A stretch of 64,000 nucleotides of DNA from Sphyrna mokarran (taxonomy: Eukaryota). Below, piece after piece: positions 51,003-64,000 of this stretch (positions are counted from its first letter, which is position 1; every line of letters begins with the position of its first letter). The stretch spans positions 57,970,001-58,034,000 of the forward strand of contig JAGIQG010000003.1 in NCBI GenBank assembly GCA_024679065.1, written 5' to 3'. The position numbers and the translations under genes are program-made. Under the pieces are notes generated by a model. That model was not told the origin of the DNA, searched no databases, and was given only the letters and a program-made list of their open reading frames with translations.

Positions 51003-52724
51003 TGATCAGGGCATCTGACTTGATGGTGAAATGGACAAGAAGGATGTGATGATAGTTATCTTAAATAATGGGAACTTTCAGAGCAGCTCTGTTGGCCCCC
51101 TTAACCCCTTTTTGGCTGTAGATACCATTCTTAAAAATGCTACAGTCCTATCTCTTGCAGGTTTTGGACTGCTCGGTTCGACAGAAATTACCACTTTAAA
51201 GATAATTTCACCAAATGTACACAACAAAAACAATATTGTTCCACAACTTATTCCTGGTGTGGAATGCTATTTAGTTGCAGTAGGGTGTATTTGCATTTCT
51301 TAGACGCAAATGATTGGAAACATGTTGAATAATGTATTCTCTTAATTTGCATGCAATTGAAATGTGTGTGCTTGTACTGGCATGATGTTTTCTATGCCAT
51401 TCATAACTCCAGCAGAAAAACTGAAGTAAACTGCTACATCTTTCCAGTTACATTCATTGACATTTGCCTATAAATTGTCACCGTTACCCTTCAAAATATC
51501 CATAGATTGGTTAGCCTATATTCAGAAGCCCTGAAAGATTACAGAAATCAGAGACAGGAGATTACATCTATTTCAATGTAAGATGTAGTGACTTCAGACA
51601 GTGTCACACACTTAACTTCCTATAATGTTCCCCCTCCCCGTCACAGTCCGAGCTCACAGACCTTGTCAGAAATCAAATTGCCATACATAATTCTCACTAA
51701 ATTTCAGGAGTAGAGACTATGGGTGGGGTTTTGAGTTCACTCTGGCTGTTTGCAAGAATGGCGGTGGGGGCTCAAATCCAGGTAAATCTGGAAATCGCCA
51801 GTGAGATCGTGATTTCAGATCATAGCTGTCCCTTGTCAGCGATATATAATAGGCATAAACCTGATTATAATGTATTTTCACATAATTAAACATCCCCTTG
51901 CCATATGTTGACCCCTCACCATATTTTTCATAAATGTGATGCCACATTGGCGAAGTTTACAACAGATTCGCCCAGATGTGAACCAGTCGTGGGAATTTCC
52001 TCCCAGAGATGTAAAGGTGAGTATAACCACACCAACGTGTAGAAAGGAAGCACTGTGGTGGACCCTAGTGGGAGCCTCATGGGAGAGGTGCAGGGATTAA
52101 TTTATATACGATGGTGGGGGAGAGCAATGTGGGAGCTGGGGATGCCAGCGATAGCTGTTCGGTGGGCTATGTCAACGTTGATTGCGTGGTTGGGTGGGGA
52201 AGTGGTAGTGAGTGATCACTCTTTTCGGAGAGGTGGATGGGTTCTGAGACCTCTGTGGTGAGGCAGGGTGGAGATTATTTATTTTCTCTGATCAGGGCGC
52301 CCTTTAAAAATGGCATACCAATCTCAGTGCAGCTAGCTTTACTGCTGTGTTTATGCCCTGTCCCTCTACGTGACTGTCAAAAAAAACACATGGGTGTGTT
52401 TTATGCATTGTTATAAGATCTGGAGAGAAAACTGGCCTGTGTCTCTGGAAAGAACAACGCCAATTTTCAGGCTGACACTGACACTTTGCCAAATACTGGT
52501 CAGATTGCCCCCACAGTTTATAAGTAGCTAATGTAATCTAATCTGATGAGTCAAGCTGGTACTGATCACACAAGCTTCCTATTAATGTACTGCTGTTTTC
52601 AGGATCATGCATTTCTCGCAAGTAGACAGTGCCATGGCGTAAAAGATAATGGAAGCCCTGCATAACTGTTGGCATCTGTAGCTGCTATTGGGTCTTACTT
52701 ACTGCTGTACTTCTTGATTTACAG

Positions 52725-53385
52725 TGGGAAGAAATCAGTGTCATGGATGAGAGGAACACTCCAATGCGAACCTACCAGGTCTGTAATGTCATGGAAGCAT
52801 ATCAGAATAATTGGTTGCGGACTAGTTGGATTCCCCGTGATGGTGCCCATCGGATCTATATCGAGATTAAATTTACACTCAGAGACTGCAACAGCCTGCC
52901 AGGTGTCCCCGGAACGTGCAAGGAGACCTTTAACATCTACTATTATGAGTCCAACAATAACAACTTGTGGTACATTAAAGAAAGTCAGTACATCAAGATT
53001 GACACCATTGCTGCTGATGAGAGCTTCACCCAGGTGGATGTAGGTGACAGAGTGATGAAATTAAACACAGAGGTAAGAGATATTGGATCCCTGACAAAGA
53101 AAGGCTTTTACCTGGCCTTTCAGGATGTGGGCGCCTGTATAGCATTGGTTTCAGTGCGGGTCTACTACAAAAAGTGCCCATTAACCATTCGTAACCTGGC
53201 AGAGTTTCCAGATAAAGTGACTGAGGGTGACTCCTCCTTGGTGGAAGTACGTGGCTCCTGTGTGAATAATTCTGAGGAGTACGATGTGCCTAAGATGCAC
53301 TGTAGTGCTGATGGGGGATGGTTGGTGCCCATTGGACGTTGTGTCTGCAAACCAGGATATGAGGAAAAAAGGGATACCTGCCAAC
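52725..53385 (+). CDS. epha4l: EphA4-like receptor exon 3: ephrin ligand-binding domain and start of cysteine-rich region
   Basis: cttgatttacag|TGG GAA GAA...TGC CAA C|gtaagt; 661 nt; [60 protein letters not shown]. Confidence 0.97.
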
Positions 53386-53949
53386 GTAAGTACTTTTGCT
53401 TCTGTTATGATGGAGGGCCTGAATGAATACAACAGTGGGGACAATCCACCCTATCCAGACAGAATTCTTTTTCCTGCTAAGGTCTAAAAGTTTGCAATTT
53501 GAGAAGGTTATCTGTAATGGAGACTTTACAGAAATGCAAATTTATGTATGGCAACTATTGAAAGTGTGACAAGTTGATGTATTCAAAAGTTGTTATAATG
53601 TCCTGAAATGTTATTTTTAAAAAGTTGTAAGATTGCTTTGTCCTGGAGGATAAGTGGAATTGTTTTCTTTTCAGCTGCAGAAGTTAACGTTTTGAGTTTT
53701 CTAAAGGTTTGTCTTGAATTTCCCAACAAAGAACAGTGCTGCTACTACTTTTAAATGATAGAGAAAGATATCCCATTATAACCTAAGTTGTCTATCCATC
53801 TATCAGGAATGGCTTACTGGCACGTTGAATGGAGAACTGAGGTGCATCCTACTACGGATCTTAGTGGGCAAGTTGACATGACTTGTTTGGCAGCAAAATG
53901 AAAGAATAAATTGAGTGGAGAATGTGTAACAAGACCTGTGTCCTGAACA

Positions 53950-54580
53950 TGAAGGTCAGCAGGCAGTAAAGAAGGCAAATGGTTTATTGGTCTTCATAGT
54001 GACAGGATTTGAGTATAGAAGTAAGGATGTATTGTTGCAAGGTCTTGCTGAGGCTACACCTGCCATATTGTATGCAATTTTGATCTCCTTATCTGAGGAA
54101 GGACGTTCTTGCTATAGAGAGAATACAGGGAAGGTTTACCAGCTTTGATTCCTGGAATGGCGAGTCTTGATGCGTAAATAAAAGTTGAGTAGGTTAAGAT
54201 TATATTTGCTGGACTTAAGAAGAATGAAGTGGATCTCATGGAAACCTATAAAATTCTAACAGGCTTAAAAGAGTAGATGCAGGAGGGATGTCCCAATGCT
54301 GAGGATATGTAGAACCAGGGGTCAAAGTCTTAAGATATGAGAGAAACTTTTTCGGACTGAGATGAGAAATTTCTTCACCCAGAGTGGTCAGCCTGTGGAA
54401 TCCGCTGCCACGTAAAGCAGTGGAACCAAAATAATATGTTTTCAAGAAGGAATTAGATATAGCTTTTAGGACAAAGGGGATCAAAAGATGTGGGGAAGGG
54501 GGGGTTCAGGCTATAGATCAGCCATAAATATAATGAATGGCAGAGCAGACTTCTTCTGCTCCTATTTTCTTTGTTTCCTA
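53950..54580 (+). mobile_element. CR1 LINE 3' fragment
   Basis: Similar to 46950-47610. Confidence 0.85.
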
Positions 54581-57500
54581 GTTCCATTGCCCAAGACACT
54601 TCAGATAATTCCTTACTTTGCAGTTATAGGGCAAAGACGTGAATCATCCATGCCCTGAGTGGATTCGGCTGAGCACTGTCTTTGAGGAAAATTCCAACCA
54701 ATTTTAAGGAAATCCCTTAAAACATGATGCTCTATTTGAGCCTTCAGCTGATTGCAAAAGTTAAAGATAATTGACAACTGGAAATAAACTATCCATCACT
54801 TCAATAATTTTATTATTGACTGTCTATATGCTGTTTTAAATATCAAAAGATTTATAGTAAAATGTCATTAAAAAATTAAACTTCACCTGATCTGAAATCT
54901 TTGCAGAAAAATTGTTCTTTTTAAAAAAAAAAATTAGAGCACATGCAGGAATAAAGAGATTTGTGACAATGCTTGAGGCTATGTTTTAAAACCAGCTTGT
55001 ATGAGTGTTGTTGGAGAACTGCAGGATCCAGGATTAGTATCAGATGATGGTCTCTGTCCCATGTAGATGATGTCTCTTCCAGAGGTGCAACAGCATGTGA
55101 ATTCTAATCCCCAGCTCCTGCTGCATGCGTGTGATTTAACTTGCTCCTTAGAATTACTGTTGTAGAAAGGATCGTCACGGGTGGAATCATTGTTATTGCG
55201 TCCCACTGCCATCACTTAACAAGAGAGGATGCAGCTGAAACATTTCCCATGTGAAGACACAGATTCTAAGACTTGTGTTCTACTTTTATGTGCTTGTATC
55301 TAAGCCCTCTAACTGTTTTGCCTTTTATTGAAAATGGCACACACTTGGGCAGAATTTTACACTCTCCTGCCAGTGGGTCCTTAGACTTCAGTGAGCATGT
55401 GGGGAGGGGAAGGGGATGGCGTGAATTGATGGAATTCTTTCCTCCTGCATGCCCTGACCATGGAATGATTGGGACAGGCAACTCGCATCTTAACTTGTTA
55501 GTCTTTTATCCCCCTTGGGCTAATTCAGGCCCTTTAAATGGCTAATTAATGACCACTCAAGGGCCATCTCTTGCCCAGTCTCAATCTTTAAGCTGGTGGG
55601 CAGATCTACCTAACATGGGGGAAGCCTGATAAAGAAGCGAGACTAGATCGAGGACAGTGGGGCATGGTGCCTCCATCAGAAGTCCCCTTATGACCAGAAT
55701 TGCCTCCCCTTAAGGTCCAGTAGCCATTGGACCTTCCAACCGTACCTGCCCTGGTACTCCCTCAATATACCCTGCCCTCTGTTGCTAGATCTTGGCTCAG
55801 GCATCTTCCTGCTGTTCCTTTCCAGTTCACTACATCTCCTGTCGATGGCTGGTAGCTCTTTAGTCCCTGCAATCAGATTGGTCAACAGCTCTCAAAGACT
55901 TTCTCCTGAGTGAGGACTGAAATTTTTAGTGTGTAATGGCTGTAGGCCACTCAAAGTGGGCTGGCATGTGTTCTCCATCTACTCTTCAGATGGCAGGAAG
56001 AGAGACACTGTCATCAGAACGATGCAGGCCACAGTCTATAACTTGTATTAAAGGAGAACTTTCTGTGAAAATTTCCACCTCCTGACATTGTATGCTTGAC
56101 ATCCTAAATCACCAATTATTTTTTTCACACAAGTAACCTTCGTCCCTTAGTTTGGCACAATGGCTAAAGGTACATAAATCAGGGGTGGGCCAAGTATTCC
56201 CTCGAGCTTCTTCCACAAGAGATCCTGACTGATCTGCAATTGAACACCCACCTTTGGCCCATATCTCTGAAGAATGGGGAAACTCACTAATAGAAGTGAA
56301 AGGAATTACCTTGAAAAGAAGTCTGATGATCCTGAGAAAGGGCCAAGATGTATTTTAAAGCTTACACCACCGTGTGTGTGTTTTGGATCCAATTCAAAAT
56401 ATACAATTAGAATGATGCAATTTTCAGATTCATTACTACCCACTGTTCATCTCTTGTCAATTACGTTGCTACAGTTAAGAAAAACAGATAATGGATATTA
56501 ATGGTGTTTTGAGCACCATGTAAATGGGGGAATACCTGGGATAATGAGTGGGAGGAGAGCTGAGACTGAATTAAACAATAAACTCTTGCAATTAGGAAAA
56601 GCTGCTGCGTCTTGATTTTATCTTCACCGACCAGCGTGAATCCTATTAATACCTATAACATGTGACTTCACCCGTTTTTATTATGCACAAAAGGAATCTA
56701 CCTCACATTGTTCAGTATAGCTATATGGTTTTGGAAATTGATCTAAAGAAAAAGTGAGATCTATCAAATTGATTCTTCTGACACGTCCATGGGTTTTTAT
56801 CACAGAATTGTCATGAAAAGCAAAGCCATGGTGGGATCAGGGATCCTTTGGAGAACCTGCAAGACATGTGGAGAAGCAGCTTTCTCCAGTGTGGCTCTGG
56901 ATGATATCCAAATGATGGCAGGAATCAGGAGAGGATATGTGTTCATTTAAATGAACTTGCTGTGCGTTCCTCACCTATCACTATAAGGGTTTTAATGAGG
57001 CTGATAACAGGAGAGCAGATCTTGTCTACTGCATAACAAGAATGAAAGGGCATGATAGCTTGCATAATATTCCTCTGATATGTGATGAGATGCACTGTAA
57101 GGGTGCCGGCTAGAATGAGCATAACTGCAATCGTAACAAACCAGTTTGCCTCAATTCTGTATTTTTGAATCGTAATTAAAAGCATATTCTACAATTAACT
57201 GTCCGTACCTGAATGCAGGAACCATTTGGAAGATATGTAAGTCATATTTCGAGTCATATTTACTGATTGGAACTTCCTATTAGAGGGAGTCAAATGACTT
57301 TGACTTTGAGAAGGGTATTGGACACATCTTAAAAAAGAGAAAAACTAGATGATGAGGAAAAAGAAGGGAGAGTAGACAGAAAAAAATAATAATAAGGGTC
57401 TGTTGTAGCAAAAGGATAGTGATAAGCTGGGAAGAGTTTATGGAAAATATAATCGATCACCAGCGAGTGCAAGTAGGATTGTCCAAATAAATGTGCAGTA

Positions 57501-58519
57501 ACAAAATTAAAACCACTAAATACAGTGAAAGATTGTTTTTAATTAACAATTGCACCAGGGAAGACTAGCACTTAGATCATACTCTTACTAGTCTCCTGGA
57601 TGGAGGGCTATAGCTACTGGTGGATAAAATTACATTGTGTTTAATTTGTTGCTAATGAGGCACAGGACAAGCCTTTCTCTTAAGAGAAAATCTGTGAAGG
57701 AATTAACTCAACAACTGGGATTTGCTGCTTTAAAACACCTTAGTTAAGGAAAAATAAAACATTGAAATTATAGTGTTAAATTTACAAATTAAATGAAACT
57801 CAAGAAAAAGCAGTGCCAGTTAATCAATGGATTATTAATCAATTCAATGCACCTTTTTTAGAGATTCCTTCTTTTAAGTTGAGACATTAGGCAGATGCAC
57901 CATCTGTTCACTAAGATACACTTGTTGAAATAGTTGCAACAATTATAAGAGGTAATTTGGTCCACTGTGCCTGCATTGGCTCCCAGAACTAGTATCATTC
58001 ACCTGCTTTTTCCCTGTATCCTATATATTGTTCCTTTTTAGGTAATAATCCAAGTCCTCTTGAATGCCTCAGCTGAACCTATCTCCACCACATTCTGATG
58101 TAATTCATTCCGGGTCCTAATCACTCACTGTGTAAAGGTTTTTCTCCTCTCTCCATTGCTTCTCTGAGTTTTATTAGCTGAACTCTTACCCTTCCTGCCG
58201 CCCTCAATACTTACGAGCATTTGTAGAGGTCTCTCTACTTCTGCATCACTTCTGAATTGTGCTGTTTGTTTTACATTGGCTAGAACATTCTGGCTGTTCA
58301 TGCCACTGGGAACTTCTAGTCCTGCCAAAGGCACATCCCTACCATGGGTTCTGTGGCAGTGAGGGGTGCATTCAATGGGAAATCTTGTTAACAATGGCAG
58401 GATCAGAGGATTCTGCCACCGGCCAATGGTTGGTTGCCTCTGCCACCACAAACAGGTGGCAGATTGTGTTAAAAATCCTGTCCAATGCCCTTTCATGTTC
58501 TCCCCAGCAAATTGAAACA

Positions 58520-59130
58520 CTTAGCACTTCTCTGCGTTAAATTTCAGCTGTCACTTGTCTGCCTAATTTTCTACATCTTTTTGAAGTTCTACGTTATCCT
58601 CCTCACATTTCACAAAGCTTCCAAGTTTTCCATCATTCTCAGATTTTGAAATTGTCCTGTACCCCAGGGTCAAGTCATTAATATGTATCAGCAAAGTAAA
58701 GATACCAACTGGAGGCTCTTGGGAATCTCCATTACCAATCTTCCTCCAGTCCGAAAGCATCTGTTTACCACTATTTTTCCTGTCGCTTTTTTGTACTCAT
58801 CTTGCTACTGTCTCCTTTATTTCATGAGCTATAACTTTGTTAAGTCTGTGTGTGGAAGTGTATCAAGTGACTTCCGCAAATTCATGTCCGCAAGGTCATC
58901 AGCATTGTCTCATCGACCCTTGGTTACCTCTTCAAGAGACTCCAGTAAATTAGAAAAATATGATTTTTCCTTAACAAATCCATTCTTAGCCAGCATTTGC
59001 CCAAATGTCCCAAAATATTGTTTCTAGATCTTTCCCCAGCACCCTGGTTAAATTAACTGGCCTGTGGTGGTTGGGCTTATTACACCATTTTTTTGAACAG
59101 AGATGTAATATGTACAATTCGCCAGTCCTC
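58520..59130 (-). mobile_element. CR1 LINE RT fragment
   Basis: Minus-strand IHINDL...ISKSENDGKLGSFVKCEEDNVELQKD. Confidence 0.75.
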
Positions 59131-60600
59131 TGGTCAATATTTACCCTCAACCAATATCATTAATGAAACAGGTAATCTGGTTATTTGTTACATTGATATT
59201 GGTAAGAACTTGATGTTCGTGCAAATAAGCTATAGCATTTTGTTAAACATTACAATATCACCTTAACTTCAAAATTATTTCTATTATTTGAGGTGATTTA
59301 AGCTGCCAAACAAATGCAAGTCTTTCTTTTTCTTGATAATGTATATGGAAAATGCATCCTTCTGATAATTGAGCTGAAACAGTAAGTCTGCTTCTGTTTC
59401 CACAGATGCTGCCCGACCTTTTGAGTATTTCCAGCATTTTCTGTTTTTATTTCAAATCTTTGGCAGCTGTAGCATTTTGCTTTTGTTTGGATGCGCAGTG
59501 ATATTTTATTTCAGGTTGCCATTCAAAACTTCACATAGGTTAAACAGGTCCAAGGGAATGAAGAAAGTTGTGGAAACTCATTGGTAATCATTGGAAACTC
59601 AAACAAATATAGTTGAATGAACAGAGTAAAGGTGCATTCACACCCCGATTGGAACACCGTTAGGCTGTTCACAAAAACTGGAGTTAAAATATAAACTCCT
59701 ACTGAAGCCATATGTGACACTGGTTTTAAAAAAAGAGGAATGAGATTGACTGAAGGAGTCTCATTCCCATCTTGCAGTCAGCTTATGCTTCAGCACCTGA
59801 TTTGCATTCCAAGTTTAGCACAAATGTGAAGCTAAAATTGTTTTTCATTAACTTGTTATGAATGCAGCATTAAATGTGGTAGACATCACTTGATGATGTG
59901 ATTATCAATATAATCACATATAATAATCTGTATTATCCATATTGATTTTCTAAGAATATACTTACCAACCCAAAATCTGCTGAATTGAGTCAGTGTACAT
60001 GCAGATATGCAAAATGCATTTCCAAAGTTAAAATGCTAAGTGGCAAGGCTGCTGGGGGAAGGATGAGTCATTACTTGTGTGTACTGTGCAGAAGTGCTGG
60101 TGAATTGAAGAGTTGGGTTTTGTTAGGTCTGAGGCAAATTTAATTTTTCTTACACCATACATCCTAGAAAAATAATACCAAACAACAAAGTTGAGACTTC
60201 CTGAGGGTTGTGATCGACTAGTGTGCAAAGGGTAACTTTGAGTCCTGCTCTAAGTTCCATTTGTCAATCACCCTTAGCTGCCAAGCACTGGCTTCCAGTT
60301 CCCTAATCCTTGTACACCAAATCAGCAACCTAATTGGACTTCCCTTACTCTGCAAATACCTCATGTCAACATCCTTACCTGAACCTCTGGTCCCCCGACT
60401 TAATCTCTTTTACTTCTCCTGCCTTCACAACATTGCTGGTCACAGAGCTTTCAGCTGCTTTGAATTCCTGAACTTTCACTACTACTGTGTTTATAAAAAC
60501 TCTTTAAGCCTATCATTCCAACCATGCTCAACCATTCTATTTTCCATTGTTGTTCTCACATCACTCCTTCTCCTGCGGGTATTACATCTTAAGAGGGCAT

Positions 60601-61327
60601 TGGTGACCGGGACTTGCATTGGATTGGTTCACAATTAAGCTCGGCAAAGTACTGTCTTCTGCAGTATGGCTGACCAGGAACACTAGGGAGCTTTTATCAA
60701 ACAAGGTTTATGTAAGAATACAGTTAATATGGATAGAAAGAAAAGCAATAACTTTTATCAATTACAAACCAAATCACTAAGATAATGTATAGTCCTTAAC
60801 AAATCTAAAATGTTCCAATCCAACAAAAATTTCCCATCGACAAAAACCCTTTCCACAGGTTTAACACAGCAAAGATTAATGCTTATGTGATACTAGAACT
60901 GAATCCTTTGATTAGAGCATTGAAATCTTGACTTGGCCTTGTAACAGCTAGCAGTGTTTTAGATACACCCAGAACAGCTTTTCAGGACATGAGGGAGACA
61001 CTCTGGTCAAGCCACCAACAGCAGATTTTCTACTCCAGAAAGGCAAGAAGCCTTGCTTTCAGCTAGCAGCAGAACTTTCAAAACCAGGGAGAGAGAAACA
61101 CTTCTTTCCAGGTTAAAGTCCCTTCTAAACTGAACTGCTGTCAGCCAAAAAAGAAAATAAAACCTAAAATTAGCTAGGAAGGGAAAAAAAAACACATGAT
61201 CTTCCTCCTAACAATACAGGATCATGAAACAAAACATTTAATTAGCAATAAAAGGACTTCTGCAGACAGCACTGAACTGCAAAGAACATGATTTTAAAAA
61301 ATCTCTTAAAGGTACACAAACTTCACA
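60601..61327 (-). mobile_element. Possible solo LTR
   Basis: TG...CA termini (minus strand tgtgaagtttgtgtacctttaaga ... ccggtcacca); no clean target-site duplication. Confidence 0.4.
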
Positions 61328-62871
61328 TTTTGGATAACTGCATATTGTAAAAATCTGCCCATAGCAATGTGCTGTGATGGAAAAAAAAGCACCACCAACC
61401 TTTTGATAAAGCTGAGATGGAATCTTATCACCTTTTGAAATCATTCTTCAATTGACATGAATTAAGAGGCAACCTCCTGTAGCCCTGTGCAGTTGAGTTC
61501 CTGTGGCTGCAGGGCCTGAGAGCCTGCAGTTTTGGAAGGCAAAAGGCCCACCAGGATATGTAGACATTGCTGATGTCCTAAGGCCAGAGTGCCTCAACAT
61601 TTTAAATGTTCTCGGAAACACACTGGACAAAACTAAAAATGGCGACTGGCGGGGAAACTCCTGTGGTGGATTTGTTTGCACCACTGGTGAGACCTTTGCT
61701 GCCCATAGCTCAATTATTGATGCATTGACCTTCTGGCCACCCCCATCACCAATGGGATGATCCTGGTGAAGTCCTCTTCATCTTCCTAATTTATCCAAAT
61801 TTGTAATCATTGGCTACCTGCTTCTGTCAAGAGAGTAGCTGCTTTTGTTATTCACCCACCTCTGGTGAGATCACTCAAAGACAAGGAAGTATTGGGCCCA
61901 TCAATCTCACCTTCACGTCCACTTCTGAGGGCCTTGTGAGATTCCGTCTTCAGTGTCAGGTTCCTGCACCATGCATGTGGCCAGTTTGTAAACTCTGGTC
62001 TTTATTTTTCATGACAAAACTGTTTGTGGAATTAATTTTTTGGTCTGGTGGAGGAGATATTCTTACAAGACTGGACTCTTTAAATGCAATTTTATTTCTT
62101 TTTTCAAATGCACATGCTGAGGACATTTCTGCCAAATACATAAGGTCATTGAAGGTTGGATTAATGAGGTGACTCCCGTAGATTGTACAGCTCTAATGGA
62201 TCAAGCCCTGCTATTATATGTCACTGATGGTTGTAATTTTGCAGTGATTTATGTATTTAAAAAAAAATTCATATTATCTCATTTCTTGGGGCAGCTCACT
62301 GCGGTCATGAATTGCTTGACAAGTCTTGCAGACAGCTCTCTTCTCAAGCTATGGAGATAACTTATTTTAATCAATGGGGAAAGAAGGATGATTTTTGTTT
62401 GGCAGGAGTTCACACACACAAAAAATGAGAATGGGACTCTGTGGCATTTTACAATTTGTTTTTTAATCATAAAATGGAGAGAACCTGCTGCATATTGACA
62501 GAATTCCAGTGAGTGTATTATACGCATGAATGAAAACCAAGACCACTGGTGAGTGATTGCAGGTTGCATATTAGTATGAATTAAACCAGGTGAATAACGT
62601 TGATGAGCAACCCTGTAGAGTATTGATTAAGGAGCACGTATAATTGGAGTGACTTGCACAATCGATAATTCTGTCACATTAGAGAGGCCTGTACGTAAGG
62701 AAAGTGACAACTTCCATCTTTTCTGCTGCGTCTTCAGTTAGTCAAAAGATTTTGCTGTTTCTCCCTATTGGCAATGCCTGCACCAAAATAAACATTTTGG
62801 TTCAATTCAACAACTGAGCTGTCCCAATACTGTGTGTCACAGTTTAGCTTGCAACTCAAGTACTGAGGACA

Positions 62872-63198
62872 TAGGTGGTACGGTGGTTAGCACTGCTACC
62901 ACAATGCCAGGGACCCAAGTTCAATTCCGGCCTTGGGTGACCATCAGTGTGGATCTTGCACGTTCTCCCCACGTCTGTGTGGGTTTCGTCCATGTGTACT
63001 AGCTTCCTCCTATATTTCAAAGATGTGTGGGTTGGGTGGATTGATCATTGTAAATTGCCCTTAATGTTCAAAAGTGTGTAGGTTAGGTGGATTAGCCATG
63101 ATAAATGACTGGGTGGGGAGAGGGCCTGGATAAAATGATCTGTTAGAGCATCTGTGCAGACTTGATGGTCGAATGGCCTCCAACACTGTAGGGATTCT
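62872..63198 (+). mobile_element. HE1-like SINE
   Basis: ggtggtacggtggttagcactgct...cactgtagggattcta. Confidence 0.85.
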
Positions 63199-64000
63199 AG
63201 CAACGTACGCGTTCACACTGTTGGCAATCAAGGAGAATAATACTGGGATCATTTTTAATAGCCCCAGTTTACATAATTATTCTGAATTTTACAGAACAGA
63301 AATACATAATTCAGCTCAACTGGTCTAGGGTGATATTTGTGATTCACACCATCCTCCCCCACCCACCTTCATCTGCCACCATCAACATACCTTTCAATTC
63401 CTTTCTCCTTCAAATCTCTCGAAGTGCATCCATATTTAAAATCAGCTAAACTTAGCACAGTCCTGAGATCGAACAGATTGTGATTCTGTTGATGAGGAGC
63501 GAGGGCATGCAGCAAAGTCCCAGGTTTTATTTCAGTGCTGTGGGCGGGGAAGCTGTAAGATCAACTGTCGTCATCATCATCTAGTGAGCCCAAGTGGAAA
63601 GTACACAGATGTATCCAGTGAGGGCAAACCACCATGTGGTGCTGCACACAGTTATCACTCTGCAGGTGATAAATGGCCTCCAGGGTCAGGTACTATAAGC
63701 AGCCAGAACCCAGTGTGTCAAAACTCCAATACAAGTTAATGCCCTTAAGAGTAGAGGAGAGAAAGCTGGAGGGAACAGTACCTGAAAATTATTCATAGTA
63801 ATGTCTAATTCCAGGCTAGTGTTTGTGGCTAAAGAAGTTAAACAGCTTTACTGTGCTGATGCATCCCTCTGATTTCTGCACCACAGCTCTGTATGATTAA
63901 AACATTCCAGTTGTTATCAATTCCAGAGGATCCAAGGTTTGACATCTACAAAGCTGAGTTCAAACTGGGATGGGAAGGGAAAGAAAAGTCAGTTAATTTA

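Noticed and set aside
52669-53487. Overlapping alternate-frame and antisense ORFs over exon 3
   Set aside because: Shadows of the real Eph coding exon; no recognisable protein features
53386-64000. Eph exon 4
   Set aside because: No C..G.YK...C.KCP-type exon found by eye; probably beyond the window

Overview
AT-rich, repeat-dense vertebrate genomic DNA. Its repeat families (HE1-type tRNA SINEs, Deu-domain SINEs, CR1, Rex1, Tx1, Penelope) point to a cartilaginous fish, probably a shark (inference). The only protein-coding gene I can support is the 5' part of an EphA receptor tyrosine kinase on the + strand: exon 1 CDS 12638-12728, exon 2 27075-27139 and exon 3 52725-53385, all with canonical GT-AG sites and compatible phases. 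It looks most like zebrafish ek1/epha4l, an EphA4 paralogue, and continues beyond the window. The most unusual structure is a 387-bp near-perfect inverted repeat (10146-10532 / 13089-13475, 2 mismatches by eye) that brackets the promoter and signal-peptide exon. The upstream arm has templated fold-back micro-insertions at both junctions. Other points of interest: a 6-codon uORF ending 1 nt before the start codon, a candidate upstream exon, U2-snRNA-headed Tx1/Keno-like elements, Penelope-derived hammerhead-like motifs and palindromes, and an old duplicated intronic element with an invariant hairpin. Repeat boundaries are approximate, and family names come from recall, not a database search.
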